A program made the position numbers and the translations under genes. Below the pieces are notes generated by a model, which saw only the letters and a list, made by a program, of their open reading frames with translations, was not told the DNA's origin and searched no databases. From positions 75,144,001-75,208,000 of the forward strand of contig NC_086386.1 in assembly GCF_036588685.1 (NCBI RefSeq): a stretch of 64,000 nt of DNA, written 5' to 3'. Positions 54,527 through 64,000 of the stretch are shown piece after piece. Origin of the DNA: Mytilus trossulus (lineage: Eukaryota). Every line of letters begins with the position of its first letter. Within the stretch, counting starts at the first letter, position 1.

Positions 54527-56221
54527 ATGGCTACTTCCTCTAATAGTTGTGGTATTTGTAATTTACGGCATATTTCCAAGCCGACCTTGGTTTGGTGTTC
54601 AGACTGCAATGAAGGACTGTGTGACGACTGTAAAGAGCATCACAGTCTCCTAAAGGCTACACGAGACCACAACATTGTTCCTTTTGACGAATATCAAAAG
54701 TTGCCTTCCTTCATTACAAACATTTCCATGCACTGCAATACACATGATGAAAAATACCTTTTGTTTTGCAAGAAGCATGACAAACTTTTATGCCGAAAAT
54801 GTGTAATTTCCGAAACCCACAGGGAATGTAAAGAAATTTCTACTTTTGAAGATGTGGTTCCAAATGCTAAAAAGTCTGTAGCCTTTACAGAAATTGAATC
54901 TTCTCTGCGGGAACTAAAAGAGAATATGTCCCTTATTCTGGAAGACAGACAAAAGAATTTATCTACAATATCGGTTTCGAAAGAGAAACTTCAATCCGAG
55001 ATATCCACATTTAGACAGCAAATTAATCATCACCTTGATGAAATACAAGACCACTTCATTGTTGAACTAAGCCAAGCTGTGGAAAATTCAACTCAACAAA
55101 TAAACAACTTCATTACTGAACTGGAAGGGAAAAAAAGAGAAATTGATGCATGCATAGAAGATGTAGAAATCATTAAAGATCATGCAACTGATTTGCAAAC
55201 ATTTCTAGGAACTAAGGAATTAGGCAACAAATTGAATGAAAAAGAAAAAGACTTGCAGTCTTGGATTGATTGTGGAAGTCTGGGTCACACTTCAATTTCT
55301 TACCAGTTAAACAATCTATTACAAAACTTCAGCGAAGAAATCGCTTCCTTTGGTAAATCCATTGTAGAAGTACAACCATGTAAACTATCATTACTAAAAA
55401 GAAAAGAGGGCCAGGCACAATTAATGAAAGTAGATCAAGAACCTAAAAGATTAGTTGAACAGATAACACTTGAGTTGAAAGCAAAGTTTGACACAGAAGC
55501 TACTGATGTGTCCGGTTGCTGTATTTTACCAAGCGGAAAACTTGTGGTATCAAACCATAGTCCTTCTTATTTGGAATTGTTTTCATGTGATGGGAAATTT
55601 CAAAAAAGAATTTTCAACCTCATGCCTAATATTCATGATGTTACATGTGTCGACAATGACACTGTTGCTGTAGTGTCTTCTACCGAGCGGAATATTCAAC
55701 TAGTAAGTTTAAAATCAGGAAAAGTATTCAGAAGCATTGATACTAATTTCTGTTCAGTTGGCATAACTTTCACTGATGACAGTTTTGTTGTTTGTCCTGA
55801 TAAAGATCAAATGCGGCAAATCAAGTTAGAGGATAGTATGTCAAGTGCTGTTGGCAGCACCGATGTCGCATTATATGTGGCTTCTTTCGGTAATATGTTG
55901 TTCTCTGTCAAACGAGATACAAGTTCCATTGTCTGCACTGATAGAAATGGGGATGAACTCTGGACTTTTACGAATAATAAAGTTTTTTCGGGGCCTAGAT
56001 GTATAACAGTAGATGAACATGGAAATACATTTGTTGTAGGATACAATTCAAACAATGTCATTGCAATAGACTCTAGTGGCAAACAATATAAAATACTCTT
56101 GTCAGAAACAGACTTACGTGGTAAACCATGGGCGATTTGCTACAATAGCGAATTGAAATCTTTGCTTGTTGCAAATGAAAAAGATGGTCAAGCATTTTTG
56201 TACAATGTTAACTACACATGA
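54527..56221 (+). CDS. RING-less TRIM-like protein (B-box1, B-box2, coiled coil, NHL-like beta-propeller), 564 aa, single coding exon
   Basis: Acceptor tttttcag at 54522-54523, ATG at 54527. CGIC...WCSDCNEGLCDDCKEHH...H and CNTH...FCKKHDKLLCRKC...H B-boxes, a long heptad region, then GPRCITVDEHGNTFVVG and KPWAICYN NHL-like blades. Confidence 0.92.
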   Translation: MATSSNSCGICNLRHISKPTLVWCSDCNEGLCDDCKEHHSLLKATRDHNIVPFDEYQKLPSFITNISMHCNTHDEKYLLFCKKHDKLLCRKCVISETHRECKEISTFEDVVPNAKKSVAFTEIESSLRELKENMSLILEDRQKNLSTISVSKEKLQSEISTFRQQINHHLDEIQDHFIVELSQAVENSTQQINNFITELEGKKREIDACIEDVEIIKDHATDLQTFLGTKELGNKLNEKEKDLQSWIDCGSLGHTSISYQLNNLLQNFSEEIASFGKSIVEVQPCKLSLLKRKEGQAQLMKVDQEPKRLVEQITLELKAKFDTEATDVSGCCILPSGKLVVSNHSPSYLELFSCDGKFQKRIFNLMPNIHDVTCVDNDTVAVVSSTERNIQLVSLKSGKVFRSIDTNFCSVGITFTDDSFVVCPDKDQMRQIKLEDSMSSAVGSTDVALYVASFGNMLFSVKRDTSSIVCTDRNGDELWTFTNNKVFSGPRCITVDEHGNTFVVGYNSNNVIAIDSSGKQYKILLSETDLRGKPWAICYNSELKSLLVANEKDGQAFLYNVNYT

Positions 56222-59200
56222 TTATATAAGCTACATGTATTATTCACCAGAGACATATCTCTCTGTATTTGACTAACTTTGTAACAATTGAATTGTTTAA
56301 AAATATATTTGACATAGATAAGTTAACTTCTTCATTGAATCCATTTTATGTGAAACTATTCAATTTCGATTCAAAGCCTGAACATCAAACGTGTTATTCA
56401 CCTGTTTACAACGCAAATATTCTAGGCAATAGTCATATGCTTACAGTGCCCTAAAATAAAACACATGAATACACACGCTGAAATGTCTCATCTGCTTCAC
56501 TGAACATTGATTTTATGTTGAAAGTAATGAAAATAAAGGTTAAACTAAAAGCACCACCGAAACTTAGGTCAAATAAATGCTGTCAGACAGATATACACCA
56601 ATTTTTTTTTACACACAAAAAATATATTTGACCTATTGCTTATGATAATAGCAAAACCGACTAAAACAAACTAAAACACTTTACATTGATCTATGAACAA
56701 TAAAAATGAATTTAAGGTCAGATGACACTTTACAATCATTTAATACACCAAGTATATTTGACTTATTGTTTATAGTTCTTGAAAAACTGACCAAAACACA
56801 TTACTTGTCATTGACCTATGAACCATGCATGTAAATGAGCCCAAGGTCAGATAATACCTGCTAAACAGACATGTACATCTTACAATCTGATGATATTTGA
56901 GAACGGACCAATGAATGTCTGACGGATATGTAGGCGTTGCAAGGAACTCATATACCAAATATGGTTATCCTATTACTCATTTCAAGTGAAAAATTCACAT
57001 GACAAAAAATCTCATTTGTTTTACAGTCGTTGAACCAAGAACGAGATCAAGGACATTGGACATATGACAGACGGAAACTTCGTAGCATAAAGTATCTGCA
57101 TACAAGATATATGATGCATCCAGGTTTTCTACCTTTTTAAATATAAAGCTTTGTACATATAGTTTCCGCCGCCGCCGGTGAGTAGTACCCATGTCTCGAA
57201 TACTGCAACGTCAACGGTTAAATGCAAAAATAAAGAAGATTTTTAAATAAATGTACATGAAAATATTAACAGCAACTAAAAAAAACCATCCCAAAAGTAG
57301 GGGGAAAAAGAAAACGATATTTACCTATAAGAATAGTAACCAACATAACTGAATGATTGAACCATGTGAAATATGTCAGTATATTAAATGACTATTAGCA
57401 TGCTCATCGTAATGGAATTTTATATGATATTTGCTGATTAAAGAAAAAAGAGTTTATTTTCGGTGGGTTAATTATCGAATATTTCTCAGTACATCTGCAA
57501 TTTAAACTGATACCATAAAAATATTTTTTTTTAAATCATCGACTGGTTTGTTGATGTGTATATTGAGTATAGAAATACTATTATGCTAAATATAGATCTG
57601 ATCCGAAGTATAGGAAGGGTGTGTTTAAATTATTCAGCAGGTTAGTTTATTTGAATGTTATTTAGATCTATACTTATACAGATAAATTATCATCAGCGGT
57701 CCTTTTTTCTGGAGAATGTATCATAACTGTAAGATAATTTAAAATATGTCATAAATTCAAACATATATATGAATCCGTGATTCAAATGAAACAAATACAC
57801 GGATTTATATATGATCTTATATGGTCAACCTTGCTAAATAAGAAGGTCTCTAGCGTCTAATTATCACAACAGACGTCTTCTGGAATGTTTTATTAAAGTT
57901 ATATTAAGTCAGGGGGAACATAGTAGACAAAGCAAATAGATTTTAATAACCCGGTAGACTACATAAATAACAGGTAAACATTGTATGCTAAGTAAATATA
58001 AAAACGCAACAACAAATTCTAAACAACTCTCTTTTAATAATATTTGTGACAGTGATGATTAAATTATATATTCTGTGTTTCAAAATTAAACATTATAAGT
58101 CATTATAAGGTATGTGGAAATCTGCATTCAAAATACATGTATTTTTTTGTTATTTGCTTGGACAAAATGTTTTTTTTTCTTCATCAAATTGAGATCATAT
58201 TTTTGTTGTTGAAAAAAGCATAACCCCGTCCTTTTTAGGTAAATTGCTTATTCCCTTAATACGAAATACAATGGAATTCAATGTTGTTTGGTGTTGCTAG
58301 CCTGAGAATTCCGTTGTAAGGAAACTCGTTGTGCATTTTATCATTTTTTTTAAATCCTTGACGTTGCTGCATATGTAGCTATGGATGAAACTAAAGGTGA
58401 TATGGAAAGCCAAATTTGTTAAAATTCCGTTAATTGTGCCAAATCTGCAAATTCACAAGTACAGTATCTGTTTCTCGGCACGCATCAGAAATGTGTTTCA
58501 ATGTTTTTAAGAGTTTTCAAATATTTTGGCCCTGGTCATCACTAGAATATAAACTCATTACTTGTCGAAATGGGTGGCAGTAAAAATATACGATGGTACC
58601 GAAAATACTATTAACATCTGGATTCCTGCGAGTTTAAAAAAGTCAACCGAATTTTTAAAACTGATACTTTATGGCAATTTTATTGACAATACATTAGGAT
58701 ATCACTAAGGACGTTCCTGAGAGTCACATGGACGATTATACATAAAGCCTTGTAACATTTAAATGAATATCCAAGCTAGCCTACTCTTTCAGTCTCAAAG
58801 GTGGATAGGCGGATTCAAAAGCGACTCGTATACATTTTATATGTCAGTGTCCCCTTTATAACTCTTTAAGGAAAGAATTTTATGATAATATTTCAGAATG
58901 TTGTAAAAATTTTGAAAAGTTAAGCACAAGTGCCAAATTTAATTGGCTTTTTATTCAAGAAAACATAGAGGTATTGAAAAATATTGCTATTTAAATTAAT
59001 AAATGTTTGGAACTGAAAAAACTATCAATATAGTATAGATATTGTTTTATTAAGGTGGTACCCAACACTTTCACTAAAATTAATTTGGCTCGTTTAATTT
59101 TCATAAAATTTTGTCAAAGTTTAACAAAACTATAAAAATTTCAAAAATATATTGTTATGCCTTTTTATGTATAATGTATATGGATCTGATCTGGTTGTAG

Positions 59201-59428
59201 ATTAACATCTAAGAAATAGTTAAATTCATGTTTATGATTTGTGTCATTATTGTTTCATTATTGTAACAATTATAAAAATCATTGTAATACATTGTTTTGC
59301 TCTTCATGGGCCCTTAAATTGGAATAAAAATATCTTATCTTATACAGACTTAAAACTCTTTTTGGATTTGTTGCACATACCAGACTCAGATACACATACT
59401 GTTTGTTTTATTTTCCAGATTTACAGCA

Positions 59429-60241
59429 ATGCAGCAGGAGCGATTTTCATCCATACATGACCATTGTGTCAAATGTTTTAGTTGGAAGTGTGACGTACGA
59501 CCAGATTACGTCACCTCCTGCGAGCTGATCGAATGCGTCCAAGGATGCGATAGAATTTTTCATGCTTGTAAACAGAAATCACATTCGTTTGTCTGTGAAG
59601 CTATTATTGTACCATGCATTAATAAAGAAAATGGTTGCCATTCGGAAGTTAAAAAATCAAATATGGCTGCCCACCTCTTAATATGTCCTGCTAATGTAAT
59701 TGATTGCATGACTGCGATACCTGAAACTTTCATTAAGTGTCATAAACCTGTTAAAAGAGGCGAATTCTCGTGGCATTCTCGCAACATGCATGCAGAGATT
59801 TCCACCGGGATATTAAAATTAAAGTGTCCGTTAGCCTATGCTGGATGTGATTTCTCTTGTCAGAAACTATCTCCATTGGTTCTGACAGGTCACGTGACTC
59901 AAAGTGATCTTTTGAATACAAGTGGGTTGACTATCGGATCTGACTCATGCTCATTGCCAGAACAACCGGGTGAACAAAGTCGAACACTTGATTATCCAAC
60001 GACTCCTTGTTATCAAAACGATGTCGATTCTATCGATGGTTTAGGTTTTCCTGAAGATCTCCCAGATAATGTGATTGAACAAATTTTGATGTTTCTTGAC
60101 AGTTTTTCTATAAACAATTTGGCTTTAACTTGTAAGTTCCTACGTTCGTTTTGTAAATCAGTCGTTTATAACAAGGGCATAGTGGAACCGGTTTGGCAGA
60201 AGATTTCTAATGGTGGAAAACATTGGGATTTTTTTAAGTGG
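59429..60241 (+). CDS. FBXO30/FBXO40-like gene, exon 1: TRAF-type zinc-finger region and F-box 1
   Basis: Acceptor ttttccag|59419, ATG at 59429. HDHCVKC...C...GC...FHACK...H...C...VPCINKENGC...HLLICPANV, CPLAYAGC, F-box LPDNVIEQILMFLDSFSINNLALTCKFLRSFC. Donor TGG|gtaagt. Confidence 0.88.
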
Positions 60242-60976
60242 GTAAGTGTTTATGTTCATGGCAACCCCAAAGAAATATTTTATTTGTATGTAATAATTGA
60301 ACGACTCGTACACGTGGATCACGTGGCGATAATGCATTTTGGCAAAACTTCTACGTTATTCGACAAGTCATGGATCTATCACATTGAACTTGAAATTGCG
60401 AACACAGATACGATATACAGTTAGCAGCTGTATATCGCAGCTTAATTTGCTTACATCAAGTCGTTGAAGGCACATTGAAACAAGGTTCATGGATAGCTAA
60501 AGTATGTGTTGCATCATTTAAGAAACGTCTGACAGTATGTGTAGTATACCGGTATATATTATATATATCAGTTTCGGTTGTTATTGAATCAACTACGACA
60601 AATGCTTTATAGAATGCAATTTTTAATTTTACTTCCCTCTTATAAATTAAAGCAATCTTTACCATTTATCTAGTGCTTTCAAGCACTTTGATTCCTTGTA
60701 AATATGAAAATAAGAAGATGTGTTATGATGCCAATGAGAGAACTCTCAATAGAGTCGCCGAAATTAATAATCGTTATATACGGCCTTCAACAATGAGTAA
60801 AACCCACACCGCATATAAAAGGTCTTGAACAAATGTAAAAGAACTCAATCGAGAAAACTTTCGATCTAATTCATATACACAATAATGAACGTCAAACAAA
60901 CATGTAGTATATTAATTCCCCGAATCTGACATTCTACTATATATTCTGATTACTAACTTTAGGTAATGTGTTTTAG

Positions 60977-61825
60977 AAATGGTCCTTCAGTTCTGCATGC
61001 ACTCCTATTCGTAAGTGGAAGTACCATCTCAGCACTCCAGTTTCAGAACATCTCAAAGTTTGTCCATTTTATTCAGAAAGAATTATCAAGGATGAATTAA
61101 TCCCGTGTGAAAATGAATGTGGATTTACCATGTATAAACATCAATTGGTGGAACATAAAAAGAGATGTCAGATGGAAATGGTCAACTGTTTAAATAAAGA
61201 TGGTGGATGCGTAGCTGTCGTCCTTCGATCCAAAATGGCGGCTCATTTACGCAGGTGTCCAGCAAACATTGTACAGTGCAACTCGCGTAATGTGAGGCCC
61301 GAAATGAATGGAATTTGCCAACAAGTTTTTCGTCGAGAGGAGCTAGCAGGACACCAACAGTTTTCACATTTAGACATATGTGAACCAACCAAACAATATT
61401 GTCCTTTAGCTTACCAGGGATGTAAATTCACCATTGACAAGAAAACACCACAAGTACCTAATGGTGAAGTTATTTTCTGTAAGGATACAAACAGCTTCAA
61501 CGTTTCTAGGAAAGAACGCGAACAAATCAGTGACGACAAGGATACGGAAAGAGGAGAAGCTTCATTGTACCACGGCACAACTTCCGGAAACATGGCGTCG
61601 ATGGTTGCTTCCAATCAATCGTCAGATGCACACCAAGAGTCACTATTATCACTTCCATTTACATTACTATACTTGATTCTTTCTGATCTAGATAGTCTGA
61701 GTATCTACAATTTATCAATAACTTGTAGCTATCTACGGGAGGTTTGTGAGGACATGCTTCCAGTGAAAGGAGTGGTTGAATCCGTCTGGCAGAAATCGGA
61801 TGACGGATGGGAGATTTCAGAAAAG
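60977..61825 (+). CDS. FBXO30/40-like gene, exon 2: C-terminal motif of module 1, second zinc-finger region and F-box 2
   Basis: gtgttttag|AAA TGG (phase 0). KWSFSSACTPIRKW...EHLKVCPF runs without a stop into ORF 61130-61834 (VNCLNKDGGC...HLRRCPANIV, CPLAYQGC, LPFTLLYLILSDLDSLSIYNLSITCSYLREVC). Donor AAG|gtttgt. Confidence 0.88.
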
Positions 61826-62985
61826 GTTTGTTAAAAAAAAACACATTACAATGTAGTTTCATAATGTAAACGCTTTCTTTCACGGAAACCTTTTACTTGC
61901 AAAGCCTTTTCTATATAGTAGACTTTGAAGCGATTTTTGTTTTGATTTTGTAGTAATGCAACCTAATTTAAATGCAAACGCCTGTTTCCATGCACTCCTG
62001 CAAACGACCTGGCAACAGTCTGTAGGCCTGTAAACATAAGTAAAGTTGGGAATTAGGGTCTGTTTTAATCAGATTACTCACATTGTTGCAACGTGCTGTA
62101 TTCTTATAAGATGAGATGAAAGTGCGAAAATAAATCTTACCTGAAAATATTGTTCGTTTCGACGTATGCACAAATTGAAGATACTAAAGTTCCACAAAGA
62201 ACCTTGCCTAAAAAAACCGATATGGGACGAAAAGACGGAATATGTCATGACCACGAAAATATATACTTTGATATGATTTTAATAGATCTGTATAGAAAAT
62301 ATTTATATGAGGAAATATTTAGACAAAAAAGGTCGTCTTTGAATAACAGACAACACCATGACATAAAACAGACGAAGAAACGAACATCATTAAACAAAAC
62401 GAAAAAATTAAACATGTACAGATGGTTTCATGGAAAAAAATAACCCAAGAGGGACGTGGAATAAAAATCGGCAACACCAATCCGCCATTGGTACATTAAA
62501 ATTAACTTCGTATTGATATAACATTGTCATTTTGAATTCTATTTTGATCAGAAAGAGGCAAAAGATATCAGAGGGATATTCAAACAGGTTAACATGTTTA
62601 ACTCACCAGTCGAAAATAAACCGACAATGCCATGGTTAAAAAAAGAAGAAGACAAACAAACAAACATTTGACAAAATACACAACATCGAAAACAAAAGAC
62701 TGAGACTGAGCAACACAAACCCCACAAAAAATGGTGGTGATCTCAGGTGCTCCGGAAGGGTAAGCAGATTCTGCTCCACGTGTGCCACCCGTTAGTACAA
62801 ACCTGGTAACAAGTCTAAATCGTTAGGTCACATTCGGAAAAAGGGAACGGGATTGTAGTTACGACATTTGAAACTCGACGACAGTTTTTAGAAGCGTTAT
62901 TCATTTATGATTTATTGTCCTTTATTGTTGCCATATATAAACAAAATGATAAATTTATGAATATTTATGATTTTATGTTTTTTAG

Positions 62986-63138
62986 AAATGGCGCTACACT
63001 ACAGCATGTACCCCTGTAAATCAATGGAAGCAGCATCTTAGCAGTCCAATCACAGAACACTTGAAAGAATGTAGCTATTACGGGCATGAAAATGTTAACC
63101 CAGAGAAGGTCAAGGTTATGTTTGGTCTAAAGGAGTAG
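62986..63138 (+). CDS. FBXO30/40-like gene, terminal exon
   Basis: tttttag|AAA TGG. Reads KWRYTTACTPVNQWKQHLSSPITEHLKECSYY...KE-TAG, paralogous to the start of exon 2. Confidence 0.82.
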   Translation, partial: KWRYTTACTPVNQWKQHLSSPITEHLKECSYYGHENVNPEKVKVMFGLKE

Positions 63139-63356
63139 ACCATCAGAAGCTGCAATAGTTTAAAGGATTTGAGAGAAGGATGGATCATTGGTCTTCATTT
63201 GAATAATTTTTCAATTTTTCACTTTTTTTTTCTTCATCACAAAAGTGAAATATTAAATGAGATTCGCAAAAATCTAAAAGAAAAAAAAACCACCTCCTGA
63301 CACCAAGAATCGGAAATGATCGCCCCCTAAGATAAGAACAATTTAATTGTGTGCAA

Positions 63357-63484
63357 TATCTTAGCAGTCCAATCACAAAACACTTGAAAGAATAGCTATT
63401 ACGGGCATGGAAATGTTTAAACAGATCGAGAATATATATGTTTGATCTAGTAAAGGAGTAAAACATCGGAAGCTGCAATAGTTT
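63357..63484 (+). pseudogene. Decayed local duplicate of the FBXO terminal exon and proximal 3' UTR
   Basis: atcttagcagtccaatcac...cacttgaaagaa[gt missing]tagctattacgggcatg...gaagctgcaatagttt aligns to ~63036-63161 with frameshifting indels. Confidence 0.8.
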
Positions 63485-64000
63485 TGGGGTCTGGAAGGCA
63501 TAGGAAGTCTTAGTTTAAACAATATTTTATTCAAAAAGTGCATGAAATATAATTATACAATATAGATACAGGGATTCGGAAACAAGAAAGACTTATATAA
63601 ATCCGTCTCCCTTGTTTTGACAAGTCTAGGAAGTCTTCAGTTATATATGTTCTTTATATTCTTTTCTCTATTTTCTATTTTTTACAAAAAATATTTCGTA
63701 GATGTAAGAAAACAACACATCTTTGCACACAAAGAATAACCAATGTCGCACCTAATATAAGCACTAATCAATACTGTGTTTCGATTGATTCGATGATTAT
63801 ATAAACGTGAAAACATCATTTACTTACTTAACTCAAAGCAGAGATTTGTTTTTACGATACACTTCACAAATATAATGTGATACTCAAATATTCTCTTTGG
63901 CAATAGTAAGATTTAGCTGTAAGAACCCTAGCTTATTATAACTTGTTATTTTGCATTGTTAAAGGCAGAAATTAGATATAATATATTTTTTATTTGAAGT

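Noticed and set aside
60242-60424. C-terminal extension of ORF 59429-60424
   Set aside because: It follows a perfect G|GTAAGT donor, and family similarity resumes at 60977, so it is intron read-through.

Overview
AT-rich eukaryotic DNA with GT-AG introns and many repeats. The repeat families and gene types suggest a bivalve mollusc, probably Mytilus (inference). Three + strand gene models are supported. (1) A STAND-class, NLR-like locus at 13065-35086. Eight exons join in frame into a ~1958-aa protein: DZIP3-like HEPN (intact RxxxxH), a duplicated unknown/TRADD-N-like module, a second DZIP3-like HEPN (degenerate motif RKDIAN), an nSTAND3 P-loop NTPase, ~24 ankyrin repeats and a C-terminal TM anchor. 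It could instead be two adjacent genes split at the 7.5-kb intron. (2) A RING-less TRIM-like B-box/coiled-coil/beta-propeller gene with a single coding exon (54527-56221). (3) An FBXO30/FBXO40-like gene whose whole zinc-finger + F-box module is duplicated within one ~604-aa protein (59429-63138). The rest is mobile and repeated DNA: Helentron-associated HINE-like elements, MITEs, a decayed Tc1 element, tRNA-derived SINEs, Penelope-like RT fragments, a dispersed repeat carrying a minimal type I hammerhead ribozyme, and tandem arrays. All splice models were read by eye from GT/AG sites and reading phase; no transcript evidence was available.
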